The notes beneath the pieces were generated by a model, which was given only the letters and a program-made list of their open reading frames with translations, did not search any database and was not told the origin of the DNA. DNA of 64,000 nucleotides from an uncultured Bacillales bacterium (GTDB lineage Bacteria; Bacillota_I; Bacilli_A; RF39; UBA660): the NCBI GenBank assembly GCA_946534345.1, contig CAMNCL010000005.1, positions 435 to 64,434 of the forward strand, read 5' to 3'. This document shows, in pieces, positions 35,097-45,267 of this stretch (position 1 is the first letter of the stretch; every line of letters begins with the position of its first letter). The position numbers were made by a program, and so were the translations under genes.

Positions 35097-37094
35097 TTAA
35101 TTTACATTTGTTATTGACGAAATTAATTCTTTCTTTAGTTTATCTTTATCAGTACTTTCATCTTCTAAATAGGCTTTAGAATCTTTTCTTGCTTGTAGAA
35201 GTATTTTGTAATCATTTCTAATAGAAGCAATCTTAAATGTCATATCACCACTTTGTTTTACACCAAATAAGTCTCCATGACCTCTTAATTTAAAATCTTC
35301 TTCAGCAATGACAAATCCATCATCTTCTTTTTCCATTATTTTTAATCTTTCAGTATCACTATCACTTATTAATATACATCTACTTTTACTAGTACCTCTA
35401 CCTACTCTTCCTCTTAATTGATGAAGTGTAGATAAACCAAATCTATCAGCATCAAATATTACCATTGTAGTAGCATTAGGTACATCTACTCCTACTTCTA
35501 CTACTGTAGTTGAGATTAATATTTGTACTTTATTATCTTTAAACTGTTCCATTATTAAGTCTTTTGCTCCACCAGCCATTTTACCATGAACAATATCAAT
35601 ACGATATTTATCTTTAAAAGCTAGTTTCATTTGATCTTTTAATTCATTAACAGTAGTTAGATCACTATTTTCACTCTCTTCTATTAATGGAGCAATTACA
35701 TATACTTGATGTCCATCTTGTAGTTCTTTATACATCATTTCTAGAACATCTTTTATTTCACTATTCTTTTTTACATAAGTTGCTATTTTTTGTCTACCTT
35801 TAGGTTTTTCTTTTATTGTTGAAACATCCATATCACCAAATATAGTCAAGGCATATGTTCTAGGTATTGGAGTAGCACTCATATATAAAACATCTGGTTT
35901 TATACCTTTGTTTTGTAAATTAGCTCTTTGATGTACTCCAAAACGATGTTGTTCATCTGTTATTACTAAACCTAAATTATTGTATATAACTTCATCTTGA
36001 ATTAGTGCATGAGTACCAATAACAATATTAATAGTACCTAACATTAATCCTTTATAAATATCATTCTTTTCCTTTTTAGGAGTAGATCCTGTTAGTAAAG
36101 CAACTTTTACATCAGTATCTTTTAATAATTCAACTAAATTATTATAGTGTTGAGTAGCTAATATTTCAGTAGGTGCCATTAAAGCGCTTTGATAACCACA
36201 TAAGTAATTAGCATACATTCCTGTAAAAGCAACTATTGTTTTTCCACTACCAACATCTCCTTGTAGTAATCTATTCATTCTTGAAGGAGATTCTAAATCA
36301 TTTAATATTTCATCCAGTGCTTTCAATTGATCATTAGTTAATTTAAATGGAATTTTCTTGATAAATATATTTACTTCATCACGATCTATTTGTCTATTTA
36401 AACCATTCTTTTCTTTTTTATTTTGTTGTTTCAAATAATTAATCTTAAACATAAATCCAAATAACTCTTCATACTTTAATCTAATAGTTACTTCTTTTAA
36501 CTTTTCACTAGTACTTGGATTATGTATTATATTTAGAGCTGTCTTTTTATTTACAAAATTATACTTTTCTCTAAATTCTTCTGGTATATAATCAGGTATT
36601 TCTTTTCCAAATTGTAATAGAGCCATATTTATATAATTAGACATATTTTTATTAGTTAATCCACTAGTACAATGATATACTGGTTCTATTTTTACTTTAT
36701 TAGATAATACATCTAATTTTATATCACTCGCAGTAATTACATTTTTACCTTTATCTAATTTTCCTATTACTATTACATCAGTACCTACTAATAATTTACT
36801 CTTTAAAAATGCTCTATTAAAGATAGATACTCCTACTACTCCAGATTGTGTAACCAATCTAAAATTCATTTTATTTAGTCCTGCTTTAAAACGCATTAAA
36901 ATAGGAACACTTTCTATTTTTCCATCTATAATAATCTTTTCACCATCTTCTACTTTAGATAGATCATCTCTTTTTAAAACATCATATCTAAAGGGATAAT
37001 GAGTTACTAAGTCTTCTACATCATTTATATTAATTTTATTAAGTAAAGAAAGAGACTTGGGACCTATTCCCTTAACATCTTTTAAACTAGCCAT
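35097..37094 (-). CDS. recG: ATP-dependent DNA helicase RecG
   Basis: 665 aa. It has an OB/wedge N-terminus, Walker A GDVGSGKT, DEQHRFG (DEAH-type), QLRGRVGRG and the C-terminal TRG motif region. Confidence 0.95.
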   Translation of the reverse strand: MASLKDVKGIGPKSLSLLNKININDVEDLVTHYPFRYDVLKRDDLSKVEDGEKIIIDGKIESVPILMRFKAGLNKMNFRLVTQSGVVGVSIFNRAFLKSKLLVGTDVIVIGKLDKGKNVITASDIKLDVLSNKVKIEPVYHCTSGLTNKNMSNYINMALLQFGKEIPDYIPEEFREKYNFVNKKTALNIIHNPSTSEKLKEVTIRLKYEELFGFMFKINYLKQQNKKEKNGLNRQIDRDEVNIFIKKIPFKLTNDQLKALDEILNDLESPSRMNRLLQGDVGSGKTIVAFTGMYANYLCGYQSALMAPTEILATQHYNNLVELLKDTDVKVALLTGSTPKKEKNDIYKGLMLGTINIVIGTHALIQDEVIYNNLGLVITDEQHRFGVHQRANLQNKGIKPDVLYMSATPIPRTYALTIFGDMDVSTIKEKPKGRQKIATYVKKNSEIKDVLEMMYKELQDGHQVYVIAPLIEESENSDLTTVNELKDQMKLAFKDKYRIDIVHGKMAGGAKDLIMEQFKDNKVQILISTTVVEVGVDVPNATTMVIFDADRFGLSTLHQLRGRVGRGTSKSRCILISDSDTERLKIMEKEDDGFVIAEEDFKLRGHGDLFGVKQSGDMTFKIASIRNDYKILLQARKDSKAYLEDESTDKDKLKKELISSITNVN

Positions 37095-37245
37095 ACATCC
37101 ACTTCCTTCCTCAGAAGATATGTAGTTCTTCCTTGCATATTATAACATAATTACCTATTTTTTCCAACAAAAAATCTTTTGAAAAAAAAGTTAATTTTTT
37201 TTCGTTTTTTTGTTGACAAATTGACACTTTTCGATTAGTATAAGT

Positions 37246-37384
37246 ATCACCAATTCGGAATTAGGCGAATTGGTCGCTAGTATCACACTAGCCAACCCCT
37301 TTTTATTCTTTTTGGAAGCAGGCCTCAGGGGGTCCTGCTTCTTAGATAAAAAATAAAAAAAGATGTTTGCCGACATCTTTTTTT
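37246..37384 (+). ncRNA. candidate ~140-nt structured sRNA (strand assignment tentative)
   Basis: The plus strand has TTGACA-17-TAGTAT (37213..37241). Then come hairpins ACCAAUUCG-N8-CGAAUUGGU and GCUAGU-N5-ACUAGC, an unpaired CCAACCCCUUUUU, the hairpin GAAGCAGG-N10-CCUGCUUC, and the terminator AGAUGU-N6-ACAUCU plus U6. The 61-aa track ORF on the opposite strand has no RBS. Confidence 0.4.
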
Positions 37385-37390
37385 GTTTTA

Positions 37391-37651
37391 TTAATTTGAA
37401 TCTACTAATTTATCTAATAAAAACATAAATCCGTATCCAAAGAAATATGCAACTACTAAACCTAATAAGAATAATAATCCTGTGGTTGCTTTACCGCTAA
37501 TAATATAATATACAAATAAGATTACTGCGATTACTAATCCAATACGAATAAACCATTTAGAAATAAAAGCTAAAACACTAATAAATTGACTATCATTTTC
37601 ATCATCATAGTATTCTTCAAATTCTTCATCGTAGTTTTGTAAATCTTTCAT
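37391..37651 (-). CDS. small membrane protein
   Basis: It has an acidic N-terminus and two TM helices. I moved the start to the ATG at 37651, after AGGGGTGA. Confidence 0.5.
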   Translation of the reverse strand: MKDLQNYDEEFEEYYDDENDSQFISVLAFISKWFIRIGLVIAVILFVYYIISGKATTGLLFLLGLVVAYFFGYGFMFLLDKLVDSN

Positions 37652-37745
37652 AAAATCACCCCTGTTTAAAAAGATGTATAGATTATACCACAAAAGTTAA
37701 AAAAAATAAAGTTTTTTATGTTATAATTTGGAAAAGGTGATTAAA

Positions 37746-39002
37746 ATGAAGATAATAAAAAATATTGGAATTATATTTTCTGTTATATGTTCATTATTAA
37801 TATTATTATATTTTTCTACATATATTTCTAGAGATAGTATTAAATCTAATGTAGTTAAATCTGCTAATATTTTACATAAACAAGGCCCAGATTTTATAAA
37901 AAAATCTTTAGGAACTTATGTTTTTCTTCATAATCATACTGATGCATTAATGATAAATATTACTTACGGAATAGATCCAAATAATAAACTTGAATCTATT
38001 CTAATTAATAAAAGAAATTATAATCCAAATGTTAAAGCACCTATTGATAAAGAAGCTCTTGGTAATTTAAAAGGTTCTACAAAAAACTATGATTTAACAA
38101 TAGACCTTTTAAAAACTGTTAATAATAAAAAAATACGGGCTTCTGAATATATGAAATACTGGCATGGTTATATTATTATACTTAAACCATTACTATTATT
38201 TCTTGATATCACTGGCATTAGAATATTAATTACTATTTTATTACTTATAAGTTTATCTCTATTATGTTTCTTAATTTATAAAGAAAAAGACTGGATGACT
38301 AGTTTAGCAGTTTTTCTATCAATTATTTCAGCCAATTTAGTCACAACAGCATTATTCAATATACAAGGAATGTTTGTATTCTTGATTGCGATTATATCTT
38401 CAATTATAGTAATGAAAAAAGATTTAACAGATAATGACTTTTACATGTTAATAATTATAAATGGTATTTTAACTGCCTTCTTTGATTTCTTAACTACTCC
38501 AATAATTACTTTACTAATACCTGTAATAATTAGAAATCTAAAAGATAAAGAAAAGAGAGATAAGAAACAAATAGTCATATATTTTACAAAGTGCTTTATA
38601 ATATTTTTTGTTAGTTATATTGGATTTTGGTTTTTAAAATGGTTAATAGTTGATTTAATATATCATAGAAATATGATAAGAATAGGAATTGAAGAAATAT
38701 TTTTTAGAACAGGAGTAAAATATAGAAAGCCTTCTATTCTATCAGCTTTTGTGAATAATATACTTGGTGCGATAAATATAATTACTATAGCTATGTTAAT
38801 TCTATATCTAATAAATATCAAAAAGATTAGATATAAAGAAAATATAATCTATAATTTATCTATCTTAGCTATTATTCTTTGGTATATAGTTACAAGTCAA
38901 CATGCTACTCAACATCCATTTTTTACATATAGAAATATGGTAGTTATAACTCTTGCGATAGCGCTTACTACAGTTAGTAAAAATAAAAAAAAGAAAAGGT
39001 AA
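37746..39002 (+). CDS. hypothetical polytopic membrane protein
   Basis: About 10 TM helices with a ~130-aa loop after the first helix. I moved the start to the ATG at 37746 (MKIIKNIG), after AAAGGTGA. I recognised no family. Confidence 0.6.
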   Translation: MKIIKNIGIIFSVICSLLILLYFSTYISRDSIKSNVVKSANILHKQGPDFIKKSLGTYVFLHNHTDALMINITYGIDPNNKLESILINKRNYNPNVKAPIDKEALGNLKGSTKNYDLTIDLLKTVNNKKIRASEYMKYWHGYIIILKPLLLFLDITGIRILITILLLISLSLLCFLIYKEKDWMTSLAVFLSIISANLVTTALFNIQGMFVFLIAIISSIIVMKKDLTDNDFYMLIIINGILTAFFDFLTTPIITLLIPVIIRNLKDKEKRDKKQIVIYFTKCFIIFFVSYIGFWFLKWLIVDLIYHRNMIRIGIEEIFFRTGVKYRKPSILSAFVNNILGAINIITIAMLILYLINIKKIRYKENIIYNLSILAIILWYIVTSQHATQHPFFTYRNMVVITLAIALTTVSKNKKKKR

Positions 39003-39005
39003 TGA

Positions 39006-42000
39006 TTAATCATTATCTTTTTCTTCTTCATTAACTTCAAGTGATTTATAGAATTCATATGTTTCTTCTGCTTGTTTTTTATTTTGATCTAATAGTTTAT
39101 CTCCTTCTTTATTAATATTCTTTAGAGATCTATATCTATCTTCACCTTCCATGAATTCTTTATATTTACTAAAGTCTGCTTTACTATCTACTTTGAATTC
39201 TCTATTCTCAGGATTATAGTGGAATAATGGGAAGTAACCTGATTCAGTAGCAGCTTTTTCTTCGTTGATACTATTCTTCATTCCTTTAATTATTCCTTGA
39301 GCAATACATGGTGCATAAGCAATTATAATAGATGGTCCATTATAAGCTTCTGCTTCTTTCATAATTTTAATAGCTTGCATTGCATTAGCTCCTAAGGAAA
39401 TAGTTCCTACATAAACATGTGGATAGCTTAAAGCCATCTTAGCTAAGTTCTTTTTAGCAGTTTCTTTTCCACCAGCAGTGAATTTGGCAACTGCTCCTGT
39501 TCTAGTAGATTTAGATGCTTGACCACCAGTATTTGAATATACTTCTGTATCAAGTACTAAAATATTTATATTTTCTTTATTTGCTAGAACATGATCTATT
39601 CCATTATAACCAATATCATATGCCCAACCATCTCCACCAATCATCCATACTGATTTAGGAGCAATAAAGTCTTTTAATTCTAATAATCCTTCAATCTTAG
39701 TTTCATCAATTACTTCAAGTAATGCATCAGCAGTTTCTTCAGTTACATTTTCACAATATGCTTTATAAATATCTTTTTCACTCTTCTTAACATCACTCAT
39801 ATTATTTTTAATAAGAGTTACTATTTGATTCTTCATACTGTTGTCTGCTACACGCATACCAAAACCAAATTCAGCATTATCTTCAAATAGTGAATTAGCC
39901 CATGGAATTGAATATGGCATAGATGGAGTACTAGCTCCATAAATAGAAGAACATCCAGTTGCATTCGCAACTATCATTCTATCGCCAAATAACTGTGTTA
40001 ATAACTTAATATAAGGTGTTTCTCCACATCCTGCGCATGCCCCACTAAATTCAAACTTAGGAGTCTTAAATTGACTACCTTTTACAGTGTTATCTGGCAT
40101 AACATTTTTCTTTTCTTTTACTTCTTCAAATAGATATTTATATTCTTCATCTCTCTTATCATCTAATAATTCTTGTTTCATTTTCATGACAAGAGCTTTA
40201 GCACCTTTCTTACCAGGACATACATCTGCACATAAACCACAACCTGTACAATCTGGTAAACTAACACCTACAGTGAACTTATAATTTTGATCTTTGATAT
40301 TAGCATCTGTTAAATGTCTAGTTACTGATTCAGGAGCATCCATCTGTTCTTTTTCATCTAATAGGAATGGTCTAATTACTCCATGAGGACATACTAAACT
40401 ACACATATTACAATTAATACAATTTTCAGAATCATAGCAAGGAGCTACATCACTAGCATCTCTCTTATCTAATTTAGAAGTAGCTGCAGGGAATTCTCCA
40501 TTAGGCATATTAACAAATGTACTAACAGGTAATTTATCTCCCTCCATAGCATTAATTGTATCAATCATACTCTTCTTATGAGTTATTTCATTATCAAAAT
40601 CAACATAAGGTACTTTTACAGATACTAAACAATCTAGTGAATTATCAATTGCTTGAATATTCTTTTCAACTACATTTCCACCTTTATTAGCAAACTTAGT
40701 AGTTAAATTCTCTTTAATCTTTTGAATAGCAAAATCAAAGTCAACTATCTTACCTAGTTTAAAGATAACAGTCTCCATAATAGTACTAATCTTACCAGGT
40801 AATCCTGCATCACTAGCTATCTTATTAGCATTTAAAATATACATTTTAACATGTTTATTTTGTAATATCTTTTTATCATGATTAGACATTTCAGCTAATG
40901 CTTCATCTGCAGTCTTATTAGTATTTAGAATAAATATACCTTTATCAGCAATCTTTTCTAACATCTTAATTCTTTTTAAATAACTATCTTTTGTACATAC
41001 TACAATATTTGCTTTTTCTACATAATAAGAACTTGTGATTGGTTCTTTACCAAAACGTAGATTAGCTATTGTTACTCCTCCACTCTTCTTAGAGTCATAT
41101 TGGAAATAACCTTGTACATAGGCATTTGTATAAGTACCAGTAATCTTCATTAAGTCCTTTGAGGCTGATACCATACCATCACTACCATATCCATAGATTA
41201 AGAATTCTACATTGTTTGCTGGTAACATAAATTTCTCATCATATGGAATACTAAGATTAGTAATATCATCATTAATACCTACAGTAAAATTATTATGAAC
41301 TTCTCTAGTATCTAAGAAATCAAATACTCCTTTAATCATTGCAGGTGTAGTATTCTTAGAAGATAATCCATATCTACCACCATATACTCTTACACGTGCA
41401 TCTGCTTCTTTAATAGTTTGTACTACATCTAAGTATAATGGTTCTCCAGCACTACCTGGTTCTTTAGTACGATCTAATACTGCAATCTTCTTAACACTCT
41501 TTGGTAATTCATTTAAGAAGTATTTTGCACTAAATGGTCTATATAGATGTACTTCCATTAATCCTACTTCTTGATGTTTTTCTTTTATTAAATATTCTAC
41601 AGTTTCACGTACTGTATCACATACTGATCCCATAGCAACTATTACTTTAGTAGCATTAGGACTTCCATAATAATTAAATGGTTTATAATCTTTACCAGTA
41701 ATCTTATTAATTTCTTTCATATATTTATTAACAATATCTGGTATTTTATCATAATATTTATTTCTTACTTCTGTTGCCTGAAAGTAAATATCTTCATTTT
41801 GAGCAGTACCTCTAATAGATGGATTATTAGGATTCATTCCTCTCTTACGGAATTCTAATAATGCTTTTTCATCTATTAATTCTTTTAATTTATCAGTATC
41901 TATTAATTCTACTTTTTGTAGTTCATGACTTGTTCTAAAACCATCAAAGAAGTTTATAAAAGGTACACTTCCTTTAATAGCACTTAGATGAGCTACTCCT

Positions 42001-42449
42001 GTTAAATCCATTACTTGTTGAACAGAACTTGATGCAAGCATTGCAAAACCTGTACTACGACATGCATAAATATCTTGATGATCTCCAAAGATAGATAAAG
42101 CATGTGTAGCTAAACTTCTTGCTGCTACATTTATTACTCCTGGTAATAATTCTCCAGCAATCTTATACATATTTGGAATCATTAATAATAATCCTTGAGA
42201 AGCAGTATATGTAGTAGTAAGTGCTCCTGCTTGTAACGATCCATGTACCATACCAGCAGCTCCAGCTTCACTCTCCATTTCTACTACTTTTACAGGAACT
42301 CCAAAATAGTTTAATTTACCTTCACTACTCCATTTATCAGTTAATTCTGCCATTGGACTAGCTGGTGTAATAGGATAAATTCCTGCTACTTCAGTAAAAT
42401 TATATGAGACATAAGCCGCAGCTTCATTACCATCCATTATTTTATTCAT
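39006..42449 (-). CDS. nifJ: pyruvate:ferredoxin (flavodoxin) oxidoreductase
   Basis: ~1147 aa. The N-terminus reads MDGNEAAAYVSYNFTEVAGIYPITPASPMAE. Two 4Fe-4S motifs are present (CINCNMCSLVCPHG, CTGCGLCADVCPG), along with a TPP-binding GGDGWAYDIG. I moved the start to the ATG at 42449, after GGAGG. Confidence 0.95.
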   Translation of the reverse strand: MNKIMDGNEAAAYVSYNFTEVAGIYPITPASPMAELTDKWSSEGKLNYFGVPVKVVEMESEAGAAGMVHGSLQAGALTTTYTASQGLLLMIPNMYKIAGELLPGVINVAARSLATHALSIFGDHQDIYACRSTGFAMLASSSVQQVMDLTGVAHLSAIKGSVPFINFFDGFRTSHELQKVELIDTDKLKELIDEKALLEFRKRGMNPNNPSIRGTAQNEDIYFQATEVRNKYYDKIPDIVNKYMKEINKITGKDYKPFNYYGSPNATKVIVAMGSVCDTVRETVEYLIKEKHQEVGLMEVHLYRPFSAKYFLNELPKSVKKIAVLDRTKEPGSAGEPLYLDVVQTIKEADARVRVYGGRYGLSSKNTTPAMIKGVFDFLDTREVHNNFTVGINDDITNLSIPYDEKFMLPANNVEFLIYGYGSDGMVSASKDLMKITGTYTNAYVQGYFQYDSKKSGGVTIANLRFGKEPITSSYYVEKANIVVCTKDSYLKRIKMLEKIADKGIFILNTNKTADEALAEMSNHDKKILQNKHVKMYILNANKIASDAGLPGKISTIMETVIFKLGKIVDFDFAIQKIKENLTTKFANKGGNVVEKNIQAIDNSLDCLVSVKVPYVDFDNEITHKKSMIDTINAMEGDKLPVSTFVNMPNGEFPAATSKLDKRDASDVAPCYDSENCINCNMCSLVCPHGVIRPFLLDEKEQMDAPESVTRHLTDANIKDQNYKFTVGVSLPDCTGCGLCADVCPGKKGAKALVMKMKQELLDDKRDEEYKYLFEEVKEKKNVMPDNTVKGSQFKTPKFEFSGACAGCGETPYIKLLTQLFGDRMIVANATGCSSIYGASTPSMPYSIPWANSLFEDNAEFGFGMRVADNSMKNQIVTLIKNNMSDVKKSEKDIYKAYCENVTEETADALLEVIDETKIEGLLELKDFIAPKSVWMIGGDGWAYDIGYNGIDHVLANKENINILVLDTEVYSNTGGQASKSTRTGAVAKFTAGGKETAKKNLAKMALSYPHVYVGTISLGANAMQAIKIMKEAEAYNGPSIIIAYAPCIAQGIIKGMKNSINEEKAATESGYFPLFHYNPENREFKVDSKADFSKYKEFMEGEDRYRSLKNINKEGDKLLDQNKKQAEETYEFYKSLEVNEEEKDND

Positions 42450-42487
42450 TTTTATAGCCTCCAATCATATTAATTATAACACAATTA

Positions 42488-44077
42488 TTATAAATTCTCA
42501 CAAGAGATATCTTCTTTAGTAATTGTACGTAATATATCTCTTCTCTTCTTATCTTTAACATTACTTGCATGTTTAACAATACTCTTTTCATAGACATTAC
42601 GAACAAATCTAGCATTACCAAAGTTCTTATCATCTTTATGCTCTTTAATAATCTCTCTAAGTTTTACAATTGCTTCATCTTTAACAATAAATCCAGCTTT
42701 CTTCATCATACCTTCAAAGATCTTAACTAATTCATCTTCTGTATAATCATCAAATTCTAATGTATATCCTATACGTGATACTATACCTGAATTAGAATCT
42801 AAGAAAGCTTGCATTTCTTTTGTATATCCTGCAAATATTACTACTAAATTATCTCTATAATCTTCCATTGCCTTAATTAATGTAGCAATTGCTTCATCAT
42901 TATAACTATTTTGATTACCTACACTAGCTAGTGCATAAGCTTCATCTACAAATAGAATTCCACCTAGTGCTCTTTCAACCACAGCCATTGTCTTAGGAGC
43001 AGTTTGTCCGACATATTCTGCTACTAAATCTTTACTAGATACTTCTATTAATTTATTTTGCTTAATATAACCTAAATTATATAAAATACCTACTATAATT
43101 CTAGCTACTGTAGTTTTACCAGTTCCAGGATTTCCTAAGAATACCATATGTAGGTTAACATTCTTTAAATCTAGATCATCACTCTTCTTACGTAGTTGCA
43201 TATAATCTACTAATTCATGAAGAGTCTTTTTAACTTTCTCTAATCCTACTAATTCATTTAATTCAGCAAATATCTCATCAATAGTTTTTTCAGTTTCTAT
43301 CTTAGGTATTTCTTTATTAAATAATAATTCTCTACATAAAGTGTCTCTATAAGTAGGATAATCATATTCACTCTTAGGATAAGTTTCAGTAATATAATCT
43401 AGTATTTTAACTGTAAACTCTTCATCAAATTTATTATTCTCATTAACTATACTTAATACTTCATTATAAATATCTTGAATATCAGGATTAATACCTTCAA
43501 TTATAAAAGGAAAATACTTATCTCTCATACCATTATTAAGTTCAAAGAAATAATCTATTTCTTCTTTATTACCTTCTAAGATAATAATATTTTTATTAGT
43601 AAGATTTTCTTCTAATAAATGAGAAAACTTTTCTTGGAATTCATTATCCTTTAGATCAATCCCTTTAATATCTTTAAATATAATTATCTTATTGTCAGTA
43701 AATATATTCTTAGTAGTATCAATATCTTTTAAATCATAGAAAGATACTTCACTAGTTTTAACACTATCTAAATAATTGTATTTAGTAATAGCTCCTTTTA
43801 TTATTTCTTCTACTTTATTAATAGTTTCTTTATTATCACTTTGTATTAGTAAATGAAAATTTAAGTATCTAGTCTCTTCTTTAGAATTATACTTTTTCAT
43901 ATAATCTACTACTTTATGTAATAATTCTTTTGATTTATCTTCTATTAATAATTTATCTATATCTTCCTCTTCTAATTCTTTTAATTCTTCCTTTGATTCT
44001 AGTGCTTCATACTTAGCTTTTCCTTCTTCTTCTCCAAAAAAGTCTTTATATAATTCTCCTAAATATTCTTCGTACAT
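42488..44077 (-). CDS. AAA+ ATPase, SpoVK/CbbX-like, with long N-terminal extension
   Basis: The C-terminal half carries LHMVFLGNPGTGKTTVARI (Walker A) and GGILFVDEAYAL (Walker B), with the family-typical GLEKVK..L preceding them. The N-terminal ~290 aa show no nucleotide-binding motifs. Confidence 0.85.
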   Translation of the reverse strand: MYEEYLGELYKDFFGEEEGKAKYEALESKEELKELEEEDIDKLLIEDKSKELLHKVVDYMKKYNSKEETRYLNFHLLIQSDNKETINKVEEIIKGAITKYNYLDSVKTSEVSFYDLKDIDTTKNIFTDNKIIIFKDIKGIDLKDNEFQEKFSHLLEENLTNKNIIILEGNKEEIDYFFELNNGMRDKYFPFIIEGINPDIQDIYNEVLSIVNENNKFDEEFTVKILDYITETYPKSEYDYPTYRDTLCRELLFNKEIPKIETEKTIDEIFAELNELVGLEKVKKTLHELVDYMQLRKKSDDLDLKNVNLHMVFLGNPGTGKTTVARIIVGILYNLGYIKQNKLIEVSSKDLVAEYVGQTAPKTMAVVERALGGILFVDEAYALASVGNQNSYNDEAIATLIKAMEDYRDNLVVIFAGYTKEMQAFLDSNSGIVSRIGYTLEFDDYTEDELVKIFEGMMKKAGFIVKDEAIVKLREIIKEHKDDKNFGNARFVRNVYEKSIVKHASNVKDKKRRDILRTITKEDISCENL

Positions 44078-44089
44078 CTAATCACCTCG

Positions 44090-44116
44090 AAAATAAGCCG
44101 ACGATTATCGGCGGCC
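44090..44116 (-). terminator. GC-rich intra-operon hairpin (attenuator/terminator candidate)
   Basis: Minus strand reads GCCGCCGA-UAA-UCGUCGGC, with one mismatch, followed by UUAUUUU. It lies between the TelA stop and the AAA+ RBS. Confidence 0.35.
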
Positions 44117-44118
44117 TA

Positions 44119-45267
44119 TTATTTTTCTATTTTAATTTCTTGCATTTTAGCTTTTAATTCTTTTTCAATTTGTACTAACTCAGCTTCAGCCTGTTGTCTT
44201 TGAATACGACCATTCTTATGAATTTCTAATACTGAATCTAATGTTTCAATAATATCAGCATTTGTCTTCTTAAGTGTTTCAATATCAATAATAGCTCTTT
44301 CACTCTCTTTAGCTATATCGATAGAACCTTGTTTAAGTGTTTCACTATTCTTCTTTAACATTTCATTAGTTAAATTAGAAACAGCTTGTTGGTTCTTTAA
44401 AGCATTTTTAGCATTAGTAATACCCAAGGCTAATACCATTTGATTCTTCCATAATGGAATTGTATTAGTAATAGAACTTTGAATCTTCTCTACTAATTCA
44501 GCTTCATTATTTTGAAGTAATCTAATTTGTGGAGCCATTTGAATAGAAATTACTCTAGTAGTTTTTAAGTCATAAATCTTCTTTTCAAAACGGTTAATAG
44601 TATTTTCCATATCTTGAACTTTTTGAGCATCCATTTGTTCTCCAGACTCTTTAGCTTTCTTTTGTAATTCTGGTAGAACTTCTTCTCTTAATTGTTTTAA
44701 TTTTCTATCTCCAGCAATTATATATAGAGATATTTCTTTAAAATAATCTAAGTTCTTTTCATACATAGTATCAAAAATAGCAATGTCTTTTAACATTTGA
44801 ATTTTATCTTTCTCTAATCCTTTTTCAATACTATCAATATTTTTTTCAATCTTAGTATATTTAGCAATTAACTTTTCTATTTCTTTTTTAGCATTATAGA
44901 ATATTTTTTCTAATCCTTTTGGATCTTTATTAACAGCTCCATCAAAAGCTTTAATTTCAGCTACTAAGTTAGCTAATAATTCTCCTGCTTCTCCAGTGTT
45001 TTTAGTTTTAACATCTTCAAGTACAGAATCAGAAAACTCTGATATTTTAGCTTGTGAACTTGAACCAAATTGAAGTACTTGAGTAGCATCAAATACATCA
45101 ATCTTTTCAATAAACTCATCAATTGCCTTCTTTTCTTTTTCAGTAAGTAAATCATAATTTAAAGATTCTTCAATCTTCTCATCAGTTACTTTCTCTTCAC
45201 TAGTTACTAAACTTTCAACCTCTTTTTCTGCTTTAGCACTTTCTAATTTTAATTCTAAACCTTCCAT
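44119..45267 (-). CDS. TelA/YaaN family toxic-anion-resistance-like protein
   Basis: 382 aa, all-helical. LTEKEKKAIDEFIEKIDVFDATQVLQFGSSSQAKISEFSD and later conserved blocks match the TelA family as I remember it. Confidence 0.85.
   Translation of the reverse strand: MEGLELKLESAKAEKEVESLVTSEEKVTDEKIEESLNYDLLTEKEKKAIDEFIEKIDVFDATQVLQFGSSSQAKISEFSDSVLEDVKTKNTGEAGELLANLVAEIKAFDGAVNKDPKGLEKIFYNAKKEIEKLIAKYTKIEKNIDSIEKGLEKDKIQMLKDIAIFDTMYEKNLDYFKEISLYIIAGDRKLKQLREEVLPELQKKAKESGEQMDAQKVQDMENTINRFEKKIYDLKTTRVISIQMAPQIRLLQNNEAELVEKIQSSITNTIPLWKNQMVLALGITNAKNALKNQQAVSNLTNEMLKKNSETLKQGSIDIAKESERAIIDIETLKKTNADIIETLDSVLEIHKNGRIQRQQAEAELVQIEKELKAKMQEIKIEK

Noticed and set aside
37191-37376. 61-aa minus-strand ORF in the track (MSANIFFYFLSKKQDPLRPASKK...)
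   Set aside because: It has no Shine-Dalgarno site and an odd composition. It spans a region full of stable hairpins with its own promoter and terminator. A non-coding RNA region explains it better.
42442-42633. 63-aa minus-strand ORF spanning the PFOR start and the AAA+ gene end. Similar out-of-frame ORFs lie at 44973..45155, 56168..56350 and 58547..58729.
   Set aside because: They lie out of frame inside, or overlapping, strongly supported genes and have no independent signals.
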